Positions 21,408 through 32,513 of a stretch of DNA of 64,000 nucleotides are shown here, piece by piece; the stretch's first letter is position 1, and every line of letters starts with the position of its first letter. The position numbers and the translations under genes were made by a program. The stretch is from an uncultured Nitrososphaeraceae archaeon (GTDB taxonomy: Archaea > Thermoproteota > Nitrososphaeria > Nitrososphaerales > Nitrososphaeraceae): contig CAVSMN010000012.1 of NCBI GenBank assembly GCA_963729045.1, positions 128,001 to 192,000 of the forward strand, given 5' to 3'. The notes under the pieces were generated by a model. The model ran no database searches, was not told the origin of the DNA, and saw only the letters and a program-made list of their open reading frames with translations.

Positions 21408-21815
21408 ATCAAAATCAAGGTCTCCTTGTTTAATTATCTTTACTAACGAATAAGTATTCAAAAGAATATATTAATTCATATTCCAAACCTATTGATGTCA
21501 ATGATGACGACGAAGAGCCGTCTGAAATTACATGGTGACGAAGATTATGAGGTACCTGAGACATCAAACTTTTCAAAGGATGGATATTATAGATGTAATT
21601 CCACCCTATTCATGAAATTAAAATAACATCCAAAGCATATACAATTATTGTGGTTAAACTCTTTAAAAATCGGAAATGTTTTGGTACTAAAGACAAGGAT
21701 TGTACTACCATTTATATTTTTTTAGCAGTACTATATTTGAAAAGTTACTTGATAAACTGCGGAATAATTTTGTTTAATGAATTTTTGTAATTCATGAGCT
21801 GTAAAATTATATACG

Positions 21816-22515
21816 GTGAAAGTTCATGATAAATCAAATTTAATGAATTCGATAGAACGGTCCCTATTATGTTCGATATATAGCAATAATTTGATTGATA
21901 GTCGAATTCCTAATCCCATATTACCTTATTTAATGAAAAAATTGGAACTCGATGTGACCTTTTACATTAATCAATTATCTAAACTTGAAGACCTAGGCTT
22001 AATTGTTACAAAACAAAATGAACGAGATTCTGAAATAAGCTCTAAGTAATATGACTTGTACACTTACGAACTTGGGTCGTGAACAAATTAAGGTTGTGCT
22101 TGTAGGCGGGGTATTTGATCTACTTCATGTTGGTCATATTCATACCCTAAAATCTGCAAAATTATTAGGCGATGTCCTAATAATTGTAGTTGCAACTGAT
22201 TCCACAGTTAGCAGCTTGAAAAAAAATCGCAAGATTTACCATGATGAAAAAAGCCGGTTAGAGCTAGTTTCATCTATAAAATTTGTAGATAAAGCCGTAA
22301 TAGGAAGAAAAAAATCGATATACGATACAGTAGAATTCGTCAGGCCAGATATCATAGCCTTAGGATATGACCAAATTCATGATGAAATAGCGATGAAAAA
22401 GAATTGCTTTGATCGAGGCTTGAATCTAGATGTAGTCAGGCTTTCTTCTCCACTTCCCGAACTCAAAAGTTCCTTAATTAAAAGCGAGTTGGGAAACTCT
22501 TTTTATGATCTTTAA
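21816..22515 (+). CDS. ribL: FAD synthase (cytidylyltransferase family) with N-terminal wHTH-like extension, broken near 22049
   Basis: GGVFDLLHVGH, PDIIALGYDQ; adjacent to ribK; the upstream 77-aa ORF looks like the N-terminal domain. Confidence 0.8.
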
Positions 22516-23270
22516 TTGTTTCTCACAGATTCTTTAATTTTTATCACAACATTATCTCCATTTTTGAGATTGGATGATTCTTTTAAGTTCAAAGGACCAA
22601 TGACCTCTATTAGGTTGTTGTTATGATGGGTCCTTTCTAATAAAAGAACATGAACCTCATTTAAAATTTCAGTTGGTTGTGATTCAAATTCCTCACGAGA
22701 GAATTTTGGCTCTTGAGATATCGTAGCTGGATAGCATCTAACCCAACCAAAAGTTCTATCTGAATTTTTGAACCCATCAATGTAGATAGAGGGGTAATTT
22801 ATCAAATCTTTTCTGGAATTCATGTAGTTTTTATCTTCGATCTTTACATTAAGTGTTCCAGGGAATGGCTCATAACCCAATTTATGTTGAAACTGTTTCT
22901 TATAACCATCCAAGGACATATAATACGCGCCTTCCCCCATCCCAGTAACGATCTTTCCCTTAAAAAGCACAGGCTTAAAATGAGATTCCTCCATAGATAT
23001 TTTTAATAAATTATAAATATTCTGTAATATTTCAAAACCTGTTTCTGTTAGTTTCATTCCAAATTTCTTTTTATTCTTTACTCTTTCTATTAGGTCTTCT
23101 TTCTCTAAGTCGATTAATATTTTTGAAGCTGTTTGTTGTGACCTATTGATTAAACGACTTATTTGGGTACTGGTTATTTCTAAATAACTATCCTTACCCC
23201 CATTTGACAGTAAATGAATCATAACTAAAAAATGAAAATAGTTAAAGTTTGAATGATCTTTAACCATCAT
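22512..23270 (-). CDS. ribK: CTP-dependent riboflavin kinase with N-terminal HTH (RbkR-type)
   Basis: SQQTASK HTH, GMGEGAYY, PFPGTLN, ERTHH. Confidence 0.92.
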   Translation of the reverse strand: MMVKDHSNFNYFHFLVMIHLLSNGGKDSYLEITSTQISRLINRSQQTASKILIDLEKEDLIERVKNKKKFGMKLTETGFEILQNIYNLLKISMEESHFKPVLFKGKIVTGMGEGAYYMSLDGYKKQFQHKLGYEPFPGTLNVKIEDKNYMNSRKDLINYPSIYIDGFKNSDRTFGWVRCYPATISQEPKFSREEFESQPTEILNEVHVLLLERTHHNNNLIEVIGPLNLKESSNLKNGDNVVIKIKESVRNN

Positions 23271-23276
23271 GCGCGA

Positions 23277-24620
23277 TTATCTGCTACTAATAGGCTGACT
23301 AATTAACCCCATATCCGAAAATGTTTGAACACGAACATCTGGGCTTGCCTTTTTCAAATTGCTGATTCTATGACCTATAATGTACTTTATACCCGATTTA
23401 TTAGCGGCTTCAACGAGCCTGGGAGTAACTATGCCGTCTAGTATCAACAGGTTTCCGTCTTTCAAGTCAGATATTTTCTTTATTATTTCAGATATTGGAA
23501 TCTTAACTATCTTTTTCATTGACTTGTCAAAAACCATTGCATCTAAAGTTTCATTTATCTCTTGAAATACTTTCTTTACAATGGAGATAACTTCTTCGTC
23601 TTCTTTAGAAATCATGTTATCCGGATTTTGCCTTTGGTCGCTATTATCATAATTATTTTGTTTGTTTAAACTTTGATTAGGGAAATTCCTATTATATGTG
23701 AACGAGCTATTTTGGTCTTGATTGTTTGATTGATTCAGGTTATGATCAACTCTATGATGATTCCTAATCTGTTGAACATTGGATGGGACGGTGTTAGTAT
23801 CGTTGATTTTATCGTTAATAAATTGTTCAACGTCCTTCAATATTTCTGAAATCTCCAGTGGAGTGCATTCTTCTACCTCTCTGCCAGGAGGAGCTCTGTA
23901 TACTTTTTCTATATCTACTAGCCCTTGTAACTCCTTTAGTATCAAATCTCCAGCCCGATCGCCATCGATAAATGCGATAACTCTTTTGCCCTGGGTCAAT
24001 TTTAATATAGTCTCGTCAATTTTTGCACCTTCTATTGCTATTGAATTATCATATCCTGCTCTTAAGAGATTAATAACATCTGCACGACCTTCTACAAGTA
24101 TTATCCAATCGCTGTCAAATACGCCAACACCACACGCTAATTGTGCCTTTCCAAATGTTGTCAATCTGCCTGGTTTGCTCGCATCGTAGACATCCTTTAG
24201 CATTTCCTCTCCTTCACTAATGGTTTTAGTAGCCCATTCTTGGACAATTTTCTTAGCCCTGTCGACTATTACTTTCTTCTTTATCGCTCTAATATCATCA
24301 ATACCGACCAAGGAAAATTTTGCCTGAAATGGTCCTACTTTATCGATACTTTCAATGGCCGCCGCAATCAAAGCTGCAGTAGATATATCAGTACTCATAG
24401 GAATCAAGGCATCTCCACGTGCTGAGTTGGATTTTGTATCTACGTTCACTTCAATTCTGCCAACTTTTGAAACTTTCTGTAGTTCGTTTAAGTTCATCTC
24501 TGGACCCAACAGACCTTCTGTTTGGCCAAATATTGCGCCAATGATATCGGCCTTCTCCACTAGTCCATCTACATCAAATTTTAGTTTGACATGATATTTT
24601 ACAATACCAGTATTTGGCAT
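23277..24620 (-). CDS. dnaG: archaeal DnaG (primase-like, exosome-associated)
   Basis: DIIGAIFGQTEGLLG, VEGRADV, DGDRAG Toprim motifs, DGIVTPRL; start placed at ATG 24620. Confidence 0.95.
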   Translation of the reverse strand: MPNTGIVKYHVKLKFDVDGLVEKADIIGAIFGQTEGLLGPEMNLNELQKVSKVGRIEVNVDTKSNSARGDALIPMSTDISTAALIAAAIESIDKVGPFQAKFSLVGIDDIRAIKKKVIVDRAKKIVQEWATKTISEGEEMLKDVYDASKPGRLTTFGKAQLACGVGVFDSDWIILVEGRADVINLLRAGYDNSIAIEGAKIDETILKLTQGKRVIAFIDGDRAGDLILKELQGLVDIEKVYRAPPGREVEECTPLEISEILKDVEQFINDKINDTNTVPSNVQQIRNHHRVDHNLNQSNNQDQNSSFTYNRNFPNQSLNKQNNYDNSDQRQNPDNMISKEDEEVISIVKKVFQEINETLDAMVFDKSMKKIVKIPISEIIKKISDLKDGNLLILDGIVTPRLVEAANKSGIKYIIGHRISNLKKASPDVRVQTFSDMGLISQPISSR

Positions 24621-24805
24621 TTTTATAACTTCATTATTAATTTTATTTATCATATTTCACTGATTATCATAACTATATTGTCTTACCTTGATTAAGTTTT
24701 TTGTTTTAAAATATTTCCATTTTTATTGACACCTTTAAATGGTTATAATATAAATATCTTATAGACCTTGAAATTATTCAAAAATACCTTTGCTTTTTTT
24801 TAATT

Positions 24806-25195
24806 TCATAGCATACTGTTATAAAATGATTTTAACTCCTCAATAGTCCTTATTTTCCCTTGTGTGATTTTTATTATCTTATTCCTGTAATAATTGTCTA
24901 TATATCTTTGATTTAGTAAATGGGAAATTTTTCTAGTCATTATTTTACCAGTATCATCCAAATCTAAAAGCAAAATTAGTTTCTTATATCTAACTCTAAA
25001 ATTATCCGCCAAATCGACAATGCTTTTGTAATTGTGATATATCTGAATGTTTCCAGAACAACCCAAATATGACAATGCTTCCAAATCTCTTTTACCTTCT
25101 ACCAAAATCAATGAATCTTTGGTAGATTCGTTATTAATCTGATTTACAAATTCTCTTAATTCTCTAATTTTCTCCAGTCGTTGGACCTTATCCAT
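24806..25195 (-). CDS. small Toprim-domain protein
   Basis: VEGKRD and LDLDDTG. Confidence 0.85.
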   Translation of the reverse strand: MDKVQRLEKIRELREFVNQINNESTKDSLILVEGKRDLEALSYLGCSGNIQIYHNYKSIVDLADNFRVRYKKLILLLDLDDTGKIMTRKISHLLNQRYIDNYYRNKIIKITQGKIRTIEELKSFYNSML

Positions 25196-25213
25196 TACTT
25201 CATATCTATTTAA

Positions 25214-25516
25214 TTATGAGCCTACTCTCTTCATTTTGGAGCCACATTTTGGACATGAAGACTGATTATGTTTTGTTCCGCAACTCATACAATAATAGCT
25301 AACGGAACTACCATTTCCTCCAAATACAGAGCCCGCCATCCCCATCTTCTTCATGGCTCTATTTCTAATGTAATAACTAAGCAAAATGAAAACTACTATT
25401 ATTACCGGTAAAGATAACGGAAACGGTAGCAAGAACGAGATTGCAAGACTTATTCCTAAGGATATACCAATCCACAATAATTGTTGAGACAAGAATTGTT
25501 TGTTATTATCTATCAC
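25214..25516 (-). CDS. membrane protein with C-terminal zinc ribbon
   Basis: two TM helices, CMSC...CPKC. Confidence 0.8.
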   Translation of the reverse strand: MIDNNKQFLSQQLLWIGISLGISLAISFLLPFPLSLPVIIVVFILLSYYIRNRAMKKMGMAGSVFGGNGSSVSYYCMSCGTKHNQSSCPKCGSKMKRVGS

Positions 25517-25584
25517 TATCTCTCAGTGTTATATTTAAGAAACATTATATATAAAATGTTTCCCATGATGACCATAGACCGAGT

Positions 25585-25890
25585 TCAGCTATATTCTGTG
25601 TAATATTTGTATCTCTTCTCTACTTCTTTATTCTTTCCTTCATGAACTTTATTAATTTCAATTTTCAATAGACTCTTGGTATACTCTTTAAATTTAATTC
25701 CCTCTTCTGTATCTGGAAATTTGCTAAGAGAAAAATCAAATTGACTCATGAACTCGATAACCAGATCTCTAAATTCCTCCCTCGAGGGCCTTTTGTTATT
25801 GTTGACCTTTAACCATGAGACAGCTAATTGTGAGGCATATATTTTTGCTATATCTTCAGCTAATCTGTCAACTTCAAAGTAGTCAGCCAC
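25585..25890 (-). CDS. hypothetical protein
   Basis: start placed at GTG 25890 (VADYFEVDR); the longer ORF-track version overlaps rpl40e on the other strand. Confidence 0.65.
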   Translation of the reverse strand: MADYFEVDRLAEDIAKIYASQLAVSWLKVNNNKRPSREEFRDLVIEFMSQFDFSLSKFPDTEEGIKFKEYTKSLLKIEINKVHEGKNKEVEKRYKYYTEYS

Positions 25891-25987
25891 CAAATAACCG
25901 CCATCGGATAATTTATAAATTTTATGAGGCGGTTCTAATTTACAAAATAGAAAGATAAAAATGTGAATAGTTTCTAAAAAAATTATT

Positions 25988-26155
25988 ATGCCAATTACCG
26001 ATGTAACAAAAAGAAGTATTGCACAAAAGCGTCGATTATTTTTCAAAATCTGTTTTGATTGCGGAGCAAAAAATCCAATAGGCGGAACTAGATGTAGAAA
26101 GTGTCATGGCAGTCAAATGAGATTAAAGAATAGAACCCTAGGTGCAAAGAAATAA
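25988..26155 (+). CDS. rpl40e: 50S ribosomal protein L40e (absent from the ORF track)
   Basis: manual translation MPITDVTKRSIAQKRRLFFKICFDCGAKNPIGGTRCRKCHGSQMRLKNRTLGAKK*. Confidence 0.95.
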   Translation: MPITDVTKRSIAQKRRLFFKICFDCGAKNPIGGTRCRKCHGSQMRLKNRTLGAKK

Positions 26156-26253
26156 TCTGGGGTTTGGCATATAGTTATTCCATTTTTCTAAATTTTAAAT
26201 AAGAAAACTTTAATTATCTTTTTTGATTCCTACACTTTGAGATAACAAATAAT

Positions 26254-27979
26254 ATGAAGTACCCAAAGGTTGTTCTTACTGCAGATAGAACATTAATGTC
26301 TCCCTATCGAGGAATTTCACTTGCATCATTTTTTGGATGTGCTCCTGCACTGGATCCAAACCGTAGTCATGATTCTATTTGGTATAAAATATTAGGAAAT
26401 CAAGTAACTCCTAAATTGCTTTTTGATTTTATTTGTAATCCTATTGCTAATTCAAACGGATTGGCCGATTACGCTCCATATGGCTTGAGAAAACTTGAAG
26501 CCGCCTTGTTGAGGGACGGATATGCTAAGGAGGATGTAGTTGTTGCTCATCCCGATCATATTGATAAATTTATTGGTCCACAAACTGAATTCGTAGGTAC
26601 ATATGAAATGGACCCGCTAGGAATGGGCCCTGTTACAATGACATTTACTTATGGGAGGAAACAAATGTCTTACGCTGAATTTTATAATCGTGATCTGCAT
26701 CATCGAATTAATGCGGCCAAACAAAAGAATGGAAGCAGGGCCAAAGTAGTTGTGGGAGCTTCTGGGACTTGGCAGTATAATTATGACCCAGCCAAAATTG
26801 AAGAGTATGGATTGTACGCAATCGTAGAGGGGGATTTGGGGGGCATTGGACCTGAACTAGATGGAGTAGGAGGAAGGTTCTTTGATGCTATGATCAATAA
26901 CGAGTTGGAAACTGCTAATCCATTCAAGAAATCTGAGTTTAAAGTCGAAATCAAAGAATTTGATAGAAACGGGAGGAAATATCATGGTAGATTTGTTCAT
27001 TATTCCAGAGAACCAAAGGTAGATGAAATTCCTGATATAGTCAATCCCAGTATGCACGGGATGATTGAGGTAATGAGGGGATGCGGAAGAGGATGCAAAT
27101 TTTGCGACGTCACACTTCGACCTTTACGCTATTATCCAGTAGAAAAAGTGCAAAAGGAAATCCGTGTCAATATGAAATATGGTGGATTAAAAAATGCCTG
27201 GGTCCATAGCGATGATATCTTTGTTTATGGGCTTAATCCTAGGACAACCAAAAATATGCAGCCAAATCGGGAAGCAATAGAAGAACTTTTCAAGGGGATA
27301 ATGGAGACAGGAATAGAACATACTAATCCTACACACGGAACATTAGCTGGTGCCATTGCAGACGAGAGACTTATCCCTAATCTTTCCCGGATAATCAAAG
27401 GCTGGACCTACTAATCATATTGGTGTACAGTGTGGATTCGAAACAGGGAGCATAAGATTAATTGGAAAATACGCCGACAGAAAGTTAGCCCCTTTTAGAC
27501 CATCTGAATGGCATTGGGTGGTAAAAGAAGGTGTAAAAACATTAAATGAAAATTACTGGGTGCCTGCATTTACCCTGATTATGGGATTGGATAACAATGA
27601 GACAGCCGATGATAGCTGGGAAACCATCCAACTCATCCATCAGTTAGAGAAAGAACAACCTGATTCTAAATTCACCGTAACGCCATTGACTTTTGTTCCG
27701 ATTGGTCTATTAGAAAAGTCCGACTTCTTTGACATAGGAAACACAATGGATCCAGCAAAATTGGGAGTGATGTATAAAACATGGCAACACAACTTCAAAT
27801 ATGCAATTCATAAATTCATGCACAAGGTAGGTCAAAATGACCCTATAAAGAAATTCTTTTTTGCATCACTTGCTAGGACATTAGGTGGTGTACCTTTAAA
27901 TGCTATGGAAAAATATGCGCGCAGAAAGAGTCCCGAACACGAGCAAGTAATTGAAAAAATTAAGGCACAGTATGCATAA
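26254..27979 (+). CDS. B12-binding radical SAM enzyme, GDGT ring synthase (Grs)-like family; frameshift near 27398
   Basis: CGRGCKFC; N-terminal VLTADRTLMS and APYGLRKLEAALL; bridging frame reads GPTNHIGVQCGFETGS. Confidence 0.8.
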
Positions 27980-27985
27980 TGATAT

Positions 27986-28896
27986 CTAACTACTATTCAT
28001 CATTTCTAGTTCGCTTAAGAACAGTTCAATATCTGAATAAATTGGACTAGAGACCGATTTTTCCAATTTTTCCTTCATCAACTTATTAGAGAATATAATG
28101 ATTTGATATTTTTCCTTGGCATCTATATTGATTAGAGCTGAGTGTAGAAATCTTATGGCCGTTTCATTATGTGAAACAACAATAATACTGGTTTTTCCCC
28201 TTGATCTTTTAGATAATTTATTAATATAACGTTGAAAATCAATATCAAAAAAGGGATCAATTAAATTTTCAACATTTCCTATAACGGTAGGATTTAGTCC
28301 CTCTCGCCTAGTCAAAATGTCTATCATGATACAGATAGGTAAAGATTCATCATCGCCAGATACTATTGCAAGTAAGCAGTTACCGAATCTTTCGATCATA
28401 ATTATTATTAGTATAAATAGTGTTTCTCAATAATCTAAATGAGTCAGTAAGATTGGTAAGTAAGTGAATTTTTTCAGTTTTGCCTATTTTTCCTCTGTTA
28501 TACAATTCGAGAATGGTATTCAAAACAGGGAAACTAACATCGGTAAAAATTTTTCTCAAATTGATATTCCGGTTGATCAGACTAAGAATTATATTGTCTG
28601 TTATTTCCTTTTGGCCATTGATTAGGGATTCAATTAACTTTTGCTGTATCTCCAGATAAATTTTCATCTTTTAAATCTAAATTGATTATCCCGGGGTCTA
28701 AAAACCAGAAGTTCACAGAGCCGATTTTTTTCTTGTTCAGGATTTTTTGGAAATATAGAATATCGAGATATTTTGACATTGTAATACGATTAGTTCCTAG
28801 TTTGTTTGAAATTTCACTACTAGACATAGGATTATTATTTTGTAAGAGATTTATTACTCTTTTCTGAATGTCCGATAAATCGTACTTCTTATACAT
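27986..28896 (-). CDS. HTH transcriptional regulator with degenerate B12-binding-like domains, split into three ORFs
   Basis: N-terminal HTH (SSSEISNKLGTNRITMSKYL); middle helical cap (IFTDVSFPVLNTILELYNRGKIG..E); Rossmann-like C-terminus. Confidence 0.6.
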
Positions 28897-28958
28897 TGGT
28901 CACAATGTTTTGGCCGGAATCATTTAAAAAGAATTTTTTTTTGATGAGTTTTCGACCT

Positions 28959-29633
28959 TCAAAATTGCGATGCTAATTCATATATCTTTTCGTACCAATT
29001 TTTTGCCTTTATCATGCTACTAGCTGCGAGTATCCCTTTTGAGCCTAACCTAATTGCAATTCTTATGTCTTCAGATGTATTGATTCCAGCTCCGCAAATC
29101 AATTGAGACCGACTTGCAACTAATTTTAAATGTTGGAACGAATCAGTTATTAAAGAAGGTTTTTCTGTAGCAATAGATTTTTTAGTTCCGATCAATTCTG
29201 GGGGCTCTATTGCTAAATAATCAGGACTCATAGAACTAATATCTCTAAGTTCAGATAGGTTTTTGGCGCAAACAATACTTAGTAGGCCTAACGAACGTAA
29301 TCTCGGAATCAAATCTCTAATGATTTCTTGATTTATTGGATGCTCGCTATGGTTTATTAACGAACCAGCTCCTCCTACATCTTTAACAATCTCTGGAATT
29401 GAAAAACCTGTACTTGGACCTGGTTGTTGTATATCTATATGTTGGGCTATTACACTTAATTTTGTATTTTTTGCCAACCATGCTAATAGGACCTGGGGTG
29501 GTGAAAGGATTATTTCAGTATCCGTCTGCTCGCTAACCCTTTCAGCTTCTCTTGCAAGGGACAATGCCTTATCCCCAGAAATCTCTAGATAATTCTTTAA
29601 ATTGATTATAAGTGGTCCCTTTCTTTCTGACAT
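28959..29633 (-). CDS. tpiA: triosephosphate isomerase, archaeal type
   Basis: INLKNY, NHSE, EPPELIG, CGAGI. Confidence 0.95.
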   Translation of the reverse strand: MSERKGPLIINLKNYLEISGDKALSLAREAERVSEQTDTEIILSPPQVLLAWLAKNTKLSVIAQHIDIQQPGPSTGFSIPEIVKDVGGAGSLINHSEHPINQEIIRDLIPRLRSLGLLSIVCAKNLSELRDISSMSPDYLAIEPPELIGTKKSIATEKPSLITDSFQHLKLVASRSQLICGAGINTSEDIRIAIRLGSKGILAASSMIKAKNWYEKIYELASQF

Positions 29634-29649
29634 TGCGTTTGTTACCGGT

Positions 29650-30732
29650 TTATTTGAATTTTTCATTCAATTTAGCCATTCTAGCCTCATATCCTTTGTT
29701 ATACTCTAGTTCATCAGGTACAAGTGTTGCTGGATGGATAAATCCTTGAACTCTCAATACCGTTGCGCGCTCAGATGCTATTCTACGCTGATATTCCCAG
29801 TCAGCAGTCCCAAATCCATCATGAGGACCTGTAAGCTTACCGTTATGCATACTAAATAATAAGCACGAAACTATGGGAATGGAGTAATTCAAACTTGCTG
29901 CAGAGTTTAATGTAACAGGCATGAATGGCATGTGGTGACTCCCCCTAGTATTGCCTGCCACTATATGAGGATCATTGAAAGCACTACCTGCTTCTTCTGT
30001 AGCGGGAAAATTCTTTTGGGTTCTTACGATTGCGATAGGATCATCCTTTCCCACATAAGTTCCTGCGATATTATGAAGCCTATCGGTGGAACATGACACA
30101 ATCTGTTCACGCTCATGTGTTAATACAGAATGTACCACATACCTGCCTGGATACATCAAAGCAGCCTCTAGCTCTGGTTTATCGTTCCATAATTTAAGAT
30201 CGGCAATTTTACCTGACATTACATCCATGATTCTGAATATCACACCTTCGGCCAACTCCTCGTTAATAATCAGTCCTGTATTACTTCTTGCGTCGACAAA
30301 CATTCTCCAAAATGGAAAATTATATGCCCCTGGTTCAGTCTTGTCTGCTGCAAATACACAAAATACTTCGCTAGGCCTTTCTTCCATTTCTATTTCGGCT
30401 ACTCCGGGGCCCATCCCTTTTACATTTCCAGAGAATGAGTCTTTAAGTAAATCTTGCCCTGCGCCGTATAATCCCTGTTCTTTAGCAATTTTTGTCCCCT
30501 CAGTAAATGCATCCCAGGCTAGTTTGTGAATTTCTTTATTATCTGTCCCAAGCGTATGGGTCATCACAATGTGGATATCATCGCCAGTGTAGCCTATATA
30601 ATTATCAATCAAAATTCCTTTTCCATTTTTTAGCACAAAATCTTTAACAGTCTGAACCAATTTATCACTAGGTCTGGTATGTCCCCCGATTCCTCCAATG
30701 TCTGCTTTTATTGCTGAAACAGTGATCTTCAT
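29650..30732 (-). CDS. fbp: fructose-1,6-bisphosphate aldolase/phosphatase
   Basis: IKADIGGIGGH, GLYGAGQDLL, YVGKDDP; start at ATG 30732. Confidence 0.95.
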   Translation of the reverse strand: MKITVSAIKADIGGIGGHTRPSDKLVQTVKDFVLKNGKGILIDNYIGYTGDDIHIVMTHTLGTDNKEIHKLAWDAFTEGTKIAKEQGLYGAGQDLLKDSFSGNVKGMGPGVAEIEMEERPSEVFCVFAADKTEPGAYNFPFWRMFVDARSNTGLIINEELAEGVIFRIMDVMSGKIADLKLWNDKPELEAALMYPGRYVVHSVLTHEREQIVSCSTDRLHNIAGTYVGKDDPIAIVRTQKNFPATEEAGSAFNDPHIVAGNTRGSHHMPFMPVTLNSAASLNYSIPIVSCLLFSMHNGKLTGPHDGFGTADWEYQRRIASERATVLRVQGFIHPATLVPDELEYNKGYEARMAKLNEKFK

Positions 30733-30965
30733 ACTCAACTTGAATTCTACGAGGTTTAAAAATTTTTGTTTCCCGCAATTTCTGACTAATTTGTCAGTGA
30801 CCGTAAGATTTTGAACTACAAACTCGTTCTCTTTGGTAAAAATTATTGGATCTCCTGATTTGTTACTGTTATTTTTTTCCAATGATCATACTATTCTGTC
30901 ATTAATATCGATATTTGTTGCCAAAAAAAGTAACCAATAAATATCCTTAATATTACTTTACTGTC

Positions 30966-31223
30966 ATGCGTGACGCAAATTTAATAAAGATAATGATCGA
31001 AGAAAGAGCTTTGGTGAAATTGATAAAGACTATAGGAGAAAAGGAGTATTCAACAAGAGACTTATTGAAGAAATTGGGCGCTTATGGGTATGGTCATAAA
31101 TTACTCATAAAAGCTGAGGATAAAGGATTGGTTGAACGAAGTAACGTAAAAAACAAAACTTACAATAAATTAACTAAAGAAGGAAAGAAAATTATAAGAT
31201 TAGCAAAGGAGATAGGAGTATAG
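30966..31223 (+). CDS. small basic wHTH-like protein
   Basis: AEDKGLVER...YNKLTKEGKK wing motif. Confidence 0.65.
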   Translation: MRDANLIKIMIEERALVKLIKTIGEKEYSTRDLLKKLGAYGYGHKLLIKAEDKGLVERSNVKNKTYNKLTKEGKKIIRLAKEIGV

Positions 31224-31323
31224 CTTTAGATTAAGGGATTGACAAATCTTTTATTCTAAACATTTTTATCTTTTTCTGTTTCACAAAGATTAAATTATTA
31301 ATTATGCTACGAACCCCTGTTTA

Positions 31324-32511
31324 ATGAGCAAAGTAATTCTGGCTTTTTCTGGTGGCTTAGATACATCTGTTTGTGTAAAATATTTACAGAATCTTCATAA
31401 ACTTGACGTTATAACACTTACAGTTGATGTAGGTCAAAATGATGATTTTGACGAGATTAGGAGAATTTCGTCAGAACTAGGCGCTATTGAACATATTTAT
31501 ATTGACTCAAAACAAGAATTCGTTCATAACTATGTTACTCCAGCAATAAAAGCAAACGCCCTATACCAACAAAAATATCCACTTGCTACAGCGTTAGCTC
31601 GACCGCTAATTGCTAGTAAAGCTGTTGATACGGCTAAAAAATATAATGCTAAGTATATTTCCCATGGATGCACAGGCAAGGGTAACGATCAAGTTAGATT
31701 CGATCTTACCATTAGATCTTTGGATCCTAGTTTGAATATAATTGCTCCAATTAGAGATATGAACCTTACAAGGGATAAGGAATTAAGATATGCCAGTGAG
31801 ACTGGAATTAAAATTAGCGAAATAGCTAAGAAATATAGTATTGATGAAAACCTGTGGGGTCGAGCTATTGAGGGTGGCCTGCTAGAAAATCTGGAGAACG
31901 AACCTTCAAGTGATTCCCTAAAGTACGTTCATCAGGACAATACCTCTACTGAATATATAACGATCGGATTCGAAAAAGGAATACCTATTTCCCTAAACGA
32001 TCAAAAAATGGATCTCGAAAAGATAATCACTGATCTCAATAATATTGCTGGATCACATGGAGTTGGCATAGTTGACCATATTGAGGATAGAGTAGTAGGT
32101 ATAAAATCTCGTGAAGTCTATGAGGCTCCGGCTGCATTGGTATTAATAGAAGCACACAGAGATCTTGAAAAATTGGTGTTGACCAACTCCGAACTCCGTT
32201 TCAAACTATTAGTCGATGAACAGTGGGCATGGTTATCATATTCAGGATTGTGGCTAGATCCCCTATTATCCGACCTGAATGCTTTTATCGAGAAAACGCA
32301 ACAAAGAGTAAACGGCGAAATAAAGGTTAAAATGCATAACGGATCCTATCGTGTGGTAGGGAGAAAATCAATGTTTTCGCTATATAATAATGACACAGTA
32401 ACTTATTTGTCTAATTCTAATTTCGACCAAACTTTGGCGAGAGGATTTGTCGCACTTTGGGGCTTACAATCTACCGCAGCCAATTCAAAAATTATGGAAA
32501 ATAAGGAGTAA
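31324..32511 (+). CDS. argG: argininosuccinate synthase
   Basis: AFSGGLDTS, GCTGKGNDQVRF, KSREVYEAP. Confidence 0.97.
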   Translation: MSKVILAFSGGLDTSVCVKYLQNLHKLDVITLTVDVGQNDDFDEIRRISSELGAIEHIYIDSKQEFVHNYVTPAIKANALYQQKYPLATALARPLIASKAVDTAKKYNAKYISHGCTGKGNDQVRFDLTIRSLDPSLNIIAPIRDMNLTRDKELRYASETGIKISEIAKKYSIDENLWGRAIEGGLLENLENEPSSDSLKYVHQDNTSTEYITIGFEKGIPISLNDQKMDLEKIITDLNNIAGSHGVGIVDHIEDRVVGIKSREVYEAPAALVLIEAHRDLEKLVLTNSELRFKLLVDEQWAWLSYSGLWLDPLLSDLNAFIEKTQQRVNGEIKVKMHNGSYRVVGRKSMFSLYNNDTVTYLSNSNFDQTLARGFVALWGLQSTAANSKIMENKE

Positions 32512-32513
32512 AA

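Noticed and set aside
25891..26046. N-terminal extension of the 153-aa minus-strand ORF
   Set aside because: It overlaps the clear rpl40e gene and its promoter region on the plus strand
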